Program-made: the position numbers and the translations under genes | The notes under the pieces: generated by a model | What the model saw: only the letters and a program-made list of their open reading frames with translations | What the model was told of the DNA's origin: nothing | Database searches by the model: none | In this document: positions 41,403 through 52,367 of the stretch, in pieces | Layout of the letters: each line of letters starts with the position of its first letter | Numbering within the stretch: position 1 is the first letter of the stretch | NCBI GenBank assembly: GCA_023244835.1 | Contig: JAHFLN010000001.1 | Span: 4,912 to 68,911, forward strand | Length of the DNA: 64,000 nt | Direction of reading: 5' to 3' | Source of the DNA: Candidatus Harrisonbacteria bacterium | GTDB taxonomy: Bacteria; Patescibacteriota; Minisyncoccia; UBA6257; UBA11618

Positions 41403-41453
41403 TATCGCGCGAATCAACACCCCCGCTCCGGCCGACCTTCGGCTGGGGCTTTT

Positions 41454-42698
41454 TTACGCTTTTCCCGCAGGCACGCGGCGCAGGAGCGCCGCTCCGAATA
41501 TGATAAACGCGCTGATCGCGACGATCGCCACGCGATACCGGTCGCTGCCGAGTCCCGAAAGCCCAGACACCATAAGCCCCCACACGACCGGCCCCACGAA
41601 TGACGACGCGCGCTCGGCAAGGCCGAAGTACGCGAACGCGAGGTTGTGCTTATCTTTCGGCGCTATATCTCCCATGGCCGAACGCGATACCGTCCATGTC
41701 GCGCCGAACCAGAATCCCATCATCACCGTCGCGAATACGAACCAGGGAAACGACACGAGAAGTCCCACGAGAGGCAAGAGGAAAACCCATCCGCATAAGA
41801 CGACGAAAAGCGTGCGCCTATGCCCGTACCGGTCGGCGATCATACCTGATACCATGCCGCCTATGCCGCACGTCACGAGAATCGCCAAAAGGAGAACGGT
41901 CTTCACCGTATCCGACACGTGCCATACCTGCTCCAGGAATATAGGGAAGTTGTTGGAAACCGTGAGCACCGCATCATTGAAGAGGAAGTACGCTCCCAGA
42001 AATGCCGCGATTCCCGGGCGGAGGAATATATTCTTAGTTTCCGCGACCACTGTCCGTATTGCCTTGCCGAACGGGACCCGCTCCGTTCCCCGCCCAGGCT
42101 CTTCAAACCATATGAGCGTCGGAAGCGACAGGAGAAAGAAAACGACAGTCGCCGGCAGAAGCGTTTCCGCGCGCGGCGACGCATGGAAGACCGTCCACAC
42201 GCCCTTTGAGAACGGGAGCGCGAGGAGGAGCCCGGCGAACTGGCCCGCATAATTCGCCGCGATCCCGAAACCCGATATGCGGCCGCGCCGCTCGGGCGAG
42301 GCGATGTCATTCATAAGCGGCGTATAGAACGTGAACGAGAGGAGATATATATAGAGCGCGAACGCGAAGCATATGAGCGCTCCCCACGCATTTCCCGCGA
42401 CGGCGAAGAGAGCGCACGCGCCATAGAGCGCTGCCGCTGTAGCCGTCGACCAGCGCAATCCCGTAATGCGCCTGAGCGAGCTGTCGAGGAATACGCCGGT
42501 TATAGGCGCCGTGAGAAGCAGAAGAAACGCGGAAAGCGTGAAGGCGAGATTGAAATGAAAATCGGCGATTCCCTTGTCCACGACCGCCCACTGCGCGAAA
42601 TACAGAAAGAACGTTATCGAAACGATCGAATTAGCGAAGTCGTACGCGACCCATAGCGCGACGTTCCTCCGCGTATGCATCGGGAGCGCGGCCATCAT
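41454..42698 (-). CDS. MFS transporter (UMF1/Atg22-like)
   Basis: WVAYDFANS, about 12 TM, ADRYGHRR; start overlaps the htpX stop (ATGA). Confidence 0.88.
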   Translation of the reverse strand: MMAALPMHTRRNVALWVAYDFANSIVSITFFLYFAQWAVVDKGIADFHFNLAFTLSAFLLLLTAPITGVFLDSSLRRITGLRWSTATAAALYGACALFAVAGNAWGALICFAFALYIYLLSFTFYTPLMNDIASPERRGRISGFGIAANYAGQFAGLLLALPFSKGVWTVFHASPRAETLLPATVVFFLLSLPTLIWFEEPGRGTERVPFGKAIRTVVAETKNIFLRPGIAAFLGAYFLFNDAVLTVSNNFPIFLEQVWHVSDTVKTVLLLAILVTCGIGGMVSGMIADRYGHRRTLFVVLCGWVFLLPLVGLLVSFPWFVFATVMMGFWFGATWTVSRSAMGDIAPKDKHNLAFAYFGLAERASSFVGPVVWGLMVSGLSGLGSDRYRVAIVAISAFIIFGAALLRRVPAGKA

Positions 42699-43612
42699 CG
42701 CGTGCCGCGCAACGCGGCGATACGTTCCGCGACCGGCGGATGCGTGAGGAAGAGCTTCGCGAACCACGGAATCCCCTTCGCCGACCCATGGCGCGCATCC
42801 GCCTTGAACGGGCTCTCGAACCACAGGTGCGCCGTGCTCGCGCTCGCGGACTGTACCGCATGCGGGTCCGCCGAGATTTTCTCGAGCGCGCTCGCAAGAC
42901 CTTCCGGATAACGCGTAAGGAGCGCCCCCGAAGCATCAGCCAAGAACTCGCGCTTGCGCGAGATGGCGAGCTGGATCAGGGTCGCCGCAAGGGGCAGGAG
43001 AATCACGCCCGCGATCGCGAATATACCCGCTAAGGCATTGCGCTCGCCGCCGCGATCGTCCCGGCTCCTCATACCACCCCATATGAACGAGCGCGTCATC
43101 ATATCCGCGGCGATCGATATACAACCCACAAGTACCACAACAACGGTCGACACAAGCATGTCCCAATTCCCGATATGCGACAGCTCATGCGCGATCACGC
43201 CTTCGAGCTCGGGCTTGCCGAGCCGCGCAAGCAAGCCCGTGGTCACCGCGACCACCGCATGCTCGGGATTCCTACCCGTCGCGAACGCGTTCGGGGCCGG
43301 ATCATCAACGACATATATCTTCGGCACGGGCAATCCGGCCGCGATCGAAAGATTTTCGACGATGGCGTAGAGGCCCGGCGCATCACGACGCCCGATAGGC
43401 CTCGCATTCGCCATCCTCAAAACCAGCTTGTCCGAATACCAATAGCTCCCGACACTCATCAGAACGCTTAGTATGACCGCGATAACGAGGATCGCGGGAT
43501 TTTCAAAGTAGACTCCTAATGCATAGCCGAATCCGATAATGACGGCGAAAAAGACCGTGAGCAGAAACCATGTCTTGCGGATATTCGCATCCCTATGCCG
43601 ATATATGTCCAT
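42695..43612 (-). CDS. htpX: zinc metalloprotease HtpX (M48)
   Basis: PNAFATG, HELSH, SRKREFLAD, THPP. Confidence 0.95.
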   Translation of the reverse strand: MDIYRHRDANIRKTWFLLTVFFAVIIGFGYALGVYFENPAILVIAVILSVLMSVGSYWYSDKLVLRMANARPIGRRDAPGLYAIVENLSIAAGLPVPKIYVVDDPAPNAFATGRNPEHAVVAVTTGLLARLGKPELEGVIAHELSHIGNWDMLVSTVVVVLVGCISIAADMMTRSFIWGGMRSRDDRGGERNALAGIFAIAGVILLPLAATLIQLAISRKREFLADASGALLTRYPEGLASALEKISADPHAVQSASASTAHLWFESPFKADARHGSAKGIPWFAKLFLTHPPVAERIAALRGTR

Positions 43613-43618
43613 CAAAAG

Positions 43619-44239
43619 CTAGAACTTCACCGAAACCGGCGCGCGTTCCGCATCAGAAAGCCCTTCGAAGAATTTCTCCGCACCGAAGCCGAACATTCCC
43701 GCAATGATATTCGTGGGGAAGGAATGCACCGCCGCGTTCAACTCCATCACCATCGCGTTGTAGAAGCGGCGCGCGGCCTGGATCTTGTTCTCGGTATCCG
43801 ACAGCTCGCCCTGGAGGCCCATGAACGTCGTATTCGCCTTCAGGTCAGGATAATTTTCCGCGACCGCGAAAAGCGACTTAAGCGTTCCCGAGAGAGCGTT
43901 CTCGGCGGATGCCCGGTCGATAGGGCTCCCGCCTCCCGCGACGCGCGAGCGCGCCTCGGTTATCTTTTCGAACACGCCGCTCTCGTGCGAGGCATATCCT
44001 TTCACCGTCTCCACGATATTCGGAATCAGGTCAAACCGGCGCTTCAGCTGGACATCGATGTCCGAGAGCGCTTCGTGCACGCGGTTACGCACCCGAACGA
44101 GCCCGTTATACGCGGCGACCACCCATAAGACAGCGACGAGCGCGATAAGCGGGATATTGAGAGACCAGCTGATCGCATCGAATAATCCGCTTATAACGAG
44201 CAGGATTATGACTACCCCTCCTATGAAGTTCCAGATCAT
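43619..44239 (-). CDS. lemA: LemA family protein
   Basis: IDVQLKRRFDLIPN, ENYPDLKAN, RRFYN. Confidence 0.95.
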   Translation of the reverse strand: MIWNFIGGVVIILLVISGLFDAISWSLNIPLIALVAVLWVVAAYNGLVRVRNRVHEALSDIDVQLKRRFDLIPNIVETVKGYASHESGVFEKITEARSRVAGGGSPIDRASAENALSGTLKSLFAVAENYPDLKANTTFMGLQGELSDTENKIQAARRFYNAMVMELNAAVHSFPTNIIAGMFGFGAEKFFEGLSDAERAPVSVKF

Positions 44240-44271
44240 ATGATTTCAGTGTAGCACTTCCCCCTTCCGCG

Positions 44272-45954
<1,683 letters not shown>

Positions 45955-45966
45955 TCAGGGCGGATA

Positions 45967-46260
45967 TTACGACTCAAGGATCGCGAGGATATCCGCCTCG
46001 TCGGCAACCAAATACTTCTTGCCGTCAAGCTCGACCTCGTCCGGCCCGTATTTCTTGAAAAGCACGAGGTCTCCCACCTTCACGGACATCGGATTCAGCT
46101 CCCCTCGGTCATTCCGCTTGCCCGCGCCGACCGCGAGCACGCGCCCCTTTACCGGCCGTTCTTTTTCCGCTGTATCCGGCAGGACGATGCCTGATTTCGT
46201 CATGCGGTCTTCTTCCATGGCATCGAGAAACACGCGATCAGCAATGGGTTTTATGGTCAT
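45967..46260 (-). CDS. groS: co-chaperonin GroES
   Basis: MTIKPIADRV, TKSGIVLPD, VKVGD, DILAI; promoter-like TTGACC-16-TATACT just upstream. Confidence 0.96.
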   Translation of the reverse strand: MTIKPIADRVFLDAMEEDRMTKSGIVLPDTAEKERPVKGRVLAVGAGKRNDRGELNPMSVKVGDLVLFKKYGPDEVELDGKKYLVADEADILAILES

Positions 46261-46953
46261 CATAGTACCTAGGAGTATATCCTGTTTTTTCCCATGGTCA
46301 AGAGCGCGAACGCTTTCTCCCGGCGCTTTTTTCGGACGGAAGCACAGCTCGACGCGGCTTTCCGAAACGCTGATGCGCGATTCGCTTGACGCGCCGAATC
46401 GAATGCTCTGCGCCGCGATCCGGCGCTCCTGAATACGCCTCATGAGCGCTTCGCCCCAGGCGCCGAATGCGAAATCGAAGAGCGTCTCCGCGCACGCGAC
46501 AAGCGGGATCTTCTCCTTCCTATAGCGATATCTCACATTCGCGAATATCCCCTCGCGCATCGCCCCTGATGCCGTAAGGAATTCCCCAATCGCCTCCCGC
46601 GTTCCCACGACGGGCACGAGCGACGCGGCGAGGGCCCGTGCATACGCGTCCTCCGGCGCGTCGAGGCGGGCATCCGTCGCTATAAAATGATTCAGGCAAA
46701 AGCCTCTGCCGCGCGCGGCGATATGCGTACGGAGTCCGAGCAAACGGAAAATCCCCAAACAGAAAAAACGCGCCGTATACATACGGCCCGGCCGCGTTCC
46801 GACGATCACATCCCAGTCGGAATTCCTATGGGCATCGCCTGTCGCGAGCGATCCCGACACGAGCACTAAGTCGACGAAGGGGATCCACTCGAAGATCCAG
46901 ACCTTCCCGAGCAGGCCGTGCCATGCGTGGTCGAAAATTCCTTTTTGGTCCAT
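46261..46953 (-). CDS. nucleotidyltransferase-like protein (Pol-beta superfamily), in frame with groS
   Basis: GSLATG..SDWDV motif; no stop codon before groS. Confidence 0.65.
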
Positions 46954-46959
46954 CAGGGG

Positions 46960-48036
46960 TTATGACTCCCCATCCTGCTCCTCCGCTCGCGGCTTTTCAA
47001 GCAGCGTTGCCTTTATTCCGCTCGATTCCCCCGTCACCTTCAACACATCCTTATCGATCTTTCCGAGCTCTTTGTATGCGGTATTGTACGCGTTCACCGC
47101 AGTGCCAAGATGCGTTCCGATTTTTTCAAAGTAACCCTGATATGCCCCCAGATGCCTGTCGAGATCCTGCACGCGCCGAATGATTATCTCGATCTCCTTG
47201 TGAAGATGCTCGCGGCGTATACCCTGGATAACCGTCTGCAAGTATGCGAGAAACGAGGTTGGTGAGACGATCACCACCTTCTTGTCCTTCATCGCGTACT
47301 CTATGAGATCCTGAGCGCTCGCCGTACCCACGCGGTTTACCAAGAGGTCATAATAGATCGCCTCGGCCGGAATAAACATGAACGCGAAATCCATCGTATC
47401 CTCCTCCGGCCGGACATATTTCGCCGTCTCGTCGATGCGATTCTTCAGGTCGGTCCTGAACGCTTTCTCGAGCCGCGCGCGTTCCTCGCCGTCCTTTGCC
47501 TCGACCAGGCGGTTGTAATTCTCCAAGCTGAATTTCGAGTCGATAGGGATCACCTTCTCCTGATAGAAGACTGCCGCATCAACGATATCCCCGTTCTTGA
47601 ACGCGTATTGCATCTGATATTGGCCGGGCGGAAAGACATTTTTTAGGAGGGTTTCCAAGAGGTATTCGCCGAGTATCCCCCGCTGCTTCGGATTTTTTAA
47701 AATATCCTCGAGTCCCCTGATCTGCTCCATACCGAGCGCGACCTGCTTGTTCGTCGCATCGAGCTTCACGAGCTTTTCGGCAACTTCCTTCATCATGTTC
47801 GCGCTCGAAGCAAACTGGCCGTGCGAAAGGCGATTCGATTCCATAAGCTTTTCGTCGAGCGACTTCCGCAAGCTTTCATTCGCCCGCGCCAATTCGGCCA
47901 TCTGGGCCTGAAGCATCAAGAAGCCCTGCTCGGATGCCCGATCTTCCGGAACATCGAGCTTCTTCCTTATGAGTATGAATAACCCCGTGAAGCCTACAAT
48001 GACAATGACGGCGAGGACCCATGTGCCGGATATCAT
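46960..48036 (-). CDS. rmuC: DNA recombination protein RmuC
   Basis: RGILGE..LE, IDSKF, FAFMFIPAE, SPT; N-terminal TM and coiled coil. Confidence 0.93.
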   Translation of the reverse strand: MISGTWVLAVIVIVGFTGLFILIRKKLDVPEDRASEQGFLMLQAQMAELARANESLRKSLDEKLMESNRLSHGQFASSANMMKEVAEKLVKLDATNKQVALGMEQIRGLEDILKNPKQRGILGEYLLETLLKNVFPPGQYQMQYAFKNGDIVDAAVFYQEKVIPIDSKFSLENYNRLVEAKDGEERARLEKAFRTDLKNRIDETAKYVRPEEDTMDFAFMFIPAEAIYYDLLVNRVGTASAQDLIEYAMKDKKVVIVSPTSFLAYLQTVIQGIRREHLHKEIEIIIRRVQDLDRHLGAYQGYFEKIGTHLGTAVNAYNTAYKELGKIDKDVLKVTGESSGIKATLLEKPRAEEQDGES

Positions 48037-48097
48037 CCGTTCAGGATATGCCAGCCGGGCAAAAAAAAATAGACGGAGCCGTTCCGTCAGTAACCTA

Positions 48098-48285
48098 TAA
48101 AAAAATAAACGGTTGTCGACCCATCATACCCCTCCCATGCGCTCGTGATCTTGGGCGGGCTCACGAAGGAAATAGCCGTAGCCTGCAAACAGATCGCATG
48201 TCCAGGACTTCAACGCATCGCCAAGACGATACTCTTTCATGGACGACGTGTGACCGTGCAGTGATGGGCCGACAAACCGTTTAAC
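48098..48285 (-). ncRNA. putative structured ncRNA, copy 1 (unknown family)
   Basis: About 21-bp closing stem (48106-48126 / 48262-48283), U-tail, promoter TTGACG-17-TAAATT; shares motifs with copy 2. Confidence 0.65.
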
Positions 48286-48338
48286 CTTATTAATTTACAT
48301 TAATGACTCCATCGCGTCAATATCCGTCCGCACTGGGC

Positions 48339-48512
48339 AAAAAAAATAGATAGCCGGTTCCTCGTATTTCCATCATGCGGCCTTTCGGAACATCGCTCCT
48401 GGAAATAGCCGAGAGGGCCTATGATCCGTATCCATGGCGTCTATGCCTCGCTGGCAACGTTAGCGAGACTCTTCCACGAGGGATCATAGCGAGGAACCGG
48501 TCGCTATCTAGT
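48339..48512 (-). ncRNA. putative structured ncRNA, copy 2 (unknown family)
   Basis: Closing stem 48347-48364 / 48490-48510, U-tail, promoter TTGACA-17-TACCGT; shares motifs with copy 1. Confidence 0.65.
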
Positions 48513-48543
48513 ACTTACACGGTAGTCTGAAAACTGCTTTGTG

Positions 48544-49272
48544 TCAATGACAGCTCGGATCGGCGGGGTTGATTTCGCAGAGTTGTGACTTCACGACCGT
48601 GACGGTCTTCGGAATCTCCACTGACTGGCCCCCCGCATTACCGCACTTCAGAGTATAGGTCGTCGTGCGCGGCGGCGTTACCGTTACTCCGCCGGAAGAA
48701 GGATCGGCGAGCTTGCCGACCGTCGGCAGTATGCGACACTCGTCGGCATCCTCGCATTGCCAGGTGAGGCGCGATGTCTTCTGAGGCGATATGAGAACTT
48801 TCGGCCCCGCATTAAAGGAACAAGCGATGTCGAAAAGATGCGGCGGTTCGACAGGCACGATGCACTTCGCGAGAGAAACCTTATATGTCGGCCCGTTGAA
48901 ATGAAGCCACCCTACCACGTCAGATCCCCATGCATATCCCGAAAGACTGCATCCCAAAGCTTCCGTTCCCACGACTTTAGGTCCGTATGTCGCCCCCTTC
49001 AGCTTCACGATTCCGTCCCAGTCCCCGGAATTCGCGGAAATGACATTCGAGCAATCACCGCCCTCGGTTGCCGAGCAGACCCGGGCAGTATCCCCCGCAA
49101 GCTTGATCCACCCCACATTCTCCGACCATGCATATCCTCCGAACGCTCCCGTTTCCTCGTCTATCGTTGCCTGGTACCCGGGACCCGCAAAGCCGACCCA
49201 GCCGATATTTTCCGACCACGCATGGCCGGAGAGCGAGACGAGCGCGAAGAGCGGAACGAACAGAAATCCCAT
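48544..49272 (-). CDS. secreted protein with GxAWSxxxGW repeats and Ig-like C-terminus
   Basis: Three GxAW.xxxGW repeats; TTYTLKC. Confidence 0.75.
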   Translation of the reverse strand: MGFLFVPLFALVSLSGHAWSENIGWVGFAGPGYQATIDEETGAFGGYAWSENVGWIKLAGDTARVCSATEGGDCSNVISANSGDWDGIVKLKGATYGPKVVGTEALGCSLSGYAWGSDVVGWLHFNGPTYKVSLAKCIVPVEPPHLFDIACSFNAGPKVLISPQKTSRLTWQCEDADECRILPTVGKLADPSSGGVTVTPPRTTTYTLKCGNAGGQSVEIPKTVTVVKSQLCEINPADPSCH

Positions 49273-49278
49273 AGGGAA

Positions 49279-49800
49279 TTAGCAGAATAATCCTCCAAAG
49301 CAGACTATGGTTTTCAACACATTTCCGGCAGTTCCCAAAAAGGTATCGCCCCCATCTCCTGCCGCATTCTGCTTGGTATAGAGCGCCTGCGAACACGGGG
49401 CGGGCGCAGTCGCGCCGCATGATTTCGGCTTCGAACTGATTTGGAGCGAGACAACTTTTATGCCTGTAAGTTGGCCGCCTGAACATTGAAGACCCACGGT
49501 CATCGCGAGGCCGGCCGCGCTCGAGCCGTCGCTCTTACAATCGCACTTCCAGCCAGTCCATGTGCATGACGATCCGGCTTCGAGCCATGACGCGCGCGTT
49601 TCCCCGCCAAGGGTTATGCTCGTAGCCTTCAGGTTATTTACCGTCAAATCGCCCGCCTTCACCTGCCTTCCCGATCCTACCGTGATCGGTGAGGGCGCAT
49701 TGTTCAAGGGCGGAAGCGCCGTCGGTTCGGTGAATGCTAACGCAACGGATGCGATGGCTGACATAGCTGCGATCCCCCCGATAAACAAAGATTTCTTCAT
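49279..49800 (-). CDS. secreted Cys-rich protein (FTEP N-terminus)
   Basis: Signal peptide ALA-FTEP; domain shared with 49850-50740. Confidence 0.75.
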   Translation of the reverse strand: MKKSLFIGGIAAMSAIASVALAFTEPTALPPLNNAPSPITVGSGRQVKAGDLTVNNLKATSITLGGETRASWLEAGSSCTWTGWKCDCKSDGSSAAGLAMTVGLQCSGGQLTGIKVVSLQISSKPKSCGATAPAPCSQALYTKQNAAGDGGDTFLGTAGNVLKTIVCFGGLFC

Positions 49801-49849
49801 AGTAGTATCATACCCCGGAACCGAACCTCCGCTCTTGTGGATAAGTCCC

Positions 49850-50740
49850 TCAGCACCAGAAGCAGAGCGCCTTTACCACTTTCGTGGCCGCTTTTACCAC
49901 GGTCGTCGCAGCCGATGTCACGGCAGTCACCGCCGCTTTTACTACCGTCGTACCGACCGCAACCGCGGCCTTAACCGCCGCAACGCCCGTTCCTACCACA
50001 AGCTCGATCGGATTAGTCTTCGGATCAAGGGCGAGTTTCGACACGTCCGAGGCAAGTCCCTTTACGGCATCCACTACCCCGCCCCCGATCGATTTCACCG
50101 TCTCGAATGTCGTTTTCACGCCTTGAACGACGATATCCGTCGCAGCGCTTACTACCGCAACCGTCGTCTTCACCGCAAACGCGCCAACGGCAACCGCGGC
50201 TTTAACAGGAGCGAGTGCTATATCCGCCGCAACCTTTGCCCCACCCGAAAGCCCGGCTGTCGCAGACTCGAGGAATGTCCCGCTATCCTGATTGTTCCGC
50301 GTGTATATCCCTTGCGTGCACGGAGCGGGAGCTTTCGCGCCGCACGATTTCGTCTTTGAGCTCACAGCCAGTCCGAACAGGCCCGCATCCTCCACGCGGC
50401 CGCCCGCGCATTTCACGCCGAAGGTGATCGCAAGGCTCACAAAACTCGAGCTGTCGCTCTTGCAGTCGCATCTCCACCCCTCCCATGAGCACGACTGGCC
50501 CGCGGGAAGCCATGAGGCGCGCGTTTCTCCTCCTAAACCGATGCCGTTTAACGCTTTTATATTTTCTAATGTGAGGTCGCCCGCTTTCGTTTGCGGAACA
50601 GAACTCACATTCAGAAGCTTAGGCGAAGAAAAGCCAGCAGGAGAAGCGATGGGTTCCGTGAATGCGAGCGCCGTTCCGGCCGACGCGCATAGGGCGAGAA
50701 CCGCGCCGCATACGATATGCGCCCGATTGATACTTTTCAT
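49850..50740 (-). CDS. secreted Cys-rich protein with 11-mer amphipathic repeat tail
   Basis: ALA-FTEP; paralogous Cys domain; VKAAVAVG repeats. Confidence 0.75.
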   Translation of the reverse strand: MKSINRAHIVCGAVLALCASAGTALAFTEPIASPAGFSSPKLLNVSSVPQTKAGDLTLENIKALNGIGLGGETRASWLPAGQSCSWEGWRCDCKSDSSSFVSLAITFGVKCAGGRVEDAGLFGLAVSSKTKSCGAKAPAPCTQGIYTRNNQDSGTFLESATAGLSGGAKVAADIALAPVKAAVAVGAFAVKTTVAVVSAATDIVVQGVKTTFETVKSIGGGVVDAVKGLASDVSKLALDPKTNPIELVVGTGVAAVKAAVAVGTTVVKAAVTAVTSAATTVVKAATKVVKALCFWC

Positions 50741-50741
50741 C

Positions 50742-51680
50742 TCAACGAGGAGGCGGCTGGCCGCCCTGCGGAGGAGGCATTGATGGCGGCGTACATCCTC
50801 CTGGAGGCATCGTGGGCATCGGGCCGCCTGGCTGCATTATAGGACATGGAGGTAACGAAGGGGCCGATGCTTGCACGGTAACCGATGTGGCGCCCAGTGC
50901 CTGACCCTTCGTCCGCAAGGCGGGCACCCTGAGCATTTCCGACCATGAAATGACATCCAGGATATCCCCATCCCTCGTCGTATAACCGTATTTCCCGTTA
51001 ATCCCGATACATACCTCGACTTCGCGACCGGTTGTGTCGGTGCCGACATAGCGATATGCCGCAGTCAGGCGATCCTTAATGGACTGTTTCGAACAGATTC
51101 CGTCGGTATCGCCTCCGAGTGATATCTTATATCTCGTCTCATTGCACTGCGCGGCCGTAAGCGCTGTCCCGTATGCGTCATATGCCCCCCACTTACAAAA
51201 CGGCTCAAGCGGCCCCTTGCCGCACTCTTCCTGGGTTTTTATGCCCGCGCAATTAACGCTTTGCGCTATCTGCGCGAGACTTGGAGGCCTCGGCGCCTCG
51301 ACGACCGGCTGAGGAGTCGGTTCCGGAACAGGCTCAGGAACTATGACGGCGGCCTGAGCCGATGATCTTCTACTCCTCCATCGCGATGTTCTCACTGCTG
51401 GAGTTCCTAATATGGCATCGACAGCTTGGGCGGCATATATTCCGTCCCCATTACCCTCGTCACCATAGAGCGCAAGCTCGACCTCCGTGCATAATTCGGC
51501 ATCCAAGACCTCGCCCTTCGCGCACGCGACATCGAGCACCCTCGTCATCATGCTATATCCCGAAACATATCCCGCCCGATAGCTTTGGGCGTCAATGAAT
51601 CCATATATCAGTATCGCCGCGGCGATCACGATCACCGCGATACTTGCTATCCGCACATTCTTTCCCATATTTTTCATCAT
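50742..51680 (-). CDS. membrane-anchored Cys/Pro-rich hypothetical protein
   Basis: N-terminal TM, PEPVPEP linker, several Cys; start uncertain. Confidence 0.65.
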   Translation of the reverse strand: MMKNMGKNVRIASIAVIVIAAAILIYGFIDAQSYRAGYVSGYSMMTRVLDVACAKGEVLDAELCTEVELALYGDEGNGDGIYAAQAVDAILGTPAVRTSRWRSRRSSAQAAVIVPEPVPEPTPQPVVEAPRPPSLAQIAQSVNCAGIKTQEECGKGPLEPFCKWGAYDAYGTALTAAQCNETRYKISLGGDTDGICSKQSIKDRLTAAYRYVGTDTTGREVEVCIGINGKYGYTTRDGDILDVISWSEMLRVPALRTKGQALGATSVTVQASAPSLPPCPIMQPGGPMPTMPPGGCTPPSMPPPQGGQPPPR

Positions 51681-51714
51681 ACCCCACAACAGGACTTCGT
51701 CCCTTGTGGAAAAC

Positions 51715-52347
51715 TTATTTCTGGATCGTCACCGGGAACGTATATGATTTCTTCCCCGTCGCCGTTCCCGTTATCTCCACCAATATTGAATAATCGCCGA
51801 GCTCTTTCCAGAAATGCTCGATTGACTTGCTCTCCCCCTTCTTCACCGAACCAGAAATCGCTTGCTTGTCCCCCCAATTCACCGAATATAAGAGATCCTC
51901 GACGTCCGCTCCTATAAGAAGCGAGAGATTTTGCTGGACGGGACGGACGATAGATACGCTCGATTGCTCGCCTAGAGTCCCAATCGGCACCCCTAAAACC
52001 TGTCCAAGCTCCTTCCTCGCGACCTCGATGCCCGCTTTCGTCATCTCGTTAGCGAAACCCGTTACGGCCTCCTTCGGCTTCTCAATAAGGAGTTCCATAC
52101 CTGATTTCACGAGCGATGCGCCCGCATCTTTCGCCGTCTGCGCATGACCCGGCGTCTGATCGAATAACTTCCCGATGCCTATGGAAAGCGATTCGCCGCT
52201 TATCGCGCGCGTCGCCTTCCCGATATCGAAGCCGGAATTCCAGAAATACCATATGCCGCCCGCGACGGCGACAAGAAGCACGAGATAGAGAATTCCGCCT
52301 CCTCCTTTCTTACCTCTCGACCGGCGCGGATATTCGTCGTCGTTCAT
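51715..52347 (-). CDS. membrane-anchored protein with PKD-like domain
   Basis: TM; YSVNWGD...H.WKELGDYSI.V. Confidence 0.7.
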   Translation of the reverse strand: MNDDEYPRRSRGKKGGGGILYLVLLVAVAGGIWYFWNSGFDIGKATRAISGESLSIGIGKLFDQTPGHAQTAKDAGASLVKSGMELLIEKPKEAVTGFANEMTKAGIEVARKELGQVLGVPIGTLGEQSSVSIVRPVQQNLSLLIGADVEDLLYSVNWGDKQAISGSVKKGESKSIEHFWKELGDYSILVEITGTATGKKSYTFPVTIQK

Positions 52348-52367
52348 GTCTAGAGTATACTACCTTC

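Noticed and set aside
48124-48240. 38-aa minus-strand ORF (MKEYRLG...) inside ncRNA copy 1
   Set aside because: No SD, buried in stems, and no equivalent seen in copy 2
48098-48512. Identity as SRP RNA, T-box, 5S rRNA or tandem glycine riboswitch
   Set aside because: Lacks the SRP CAGG..GGAA..AGCAG helix, the T-box GGTGGTACC sequence, 5S conserved blocks and glycine aptamer cores; each unit has its own promoter and tail
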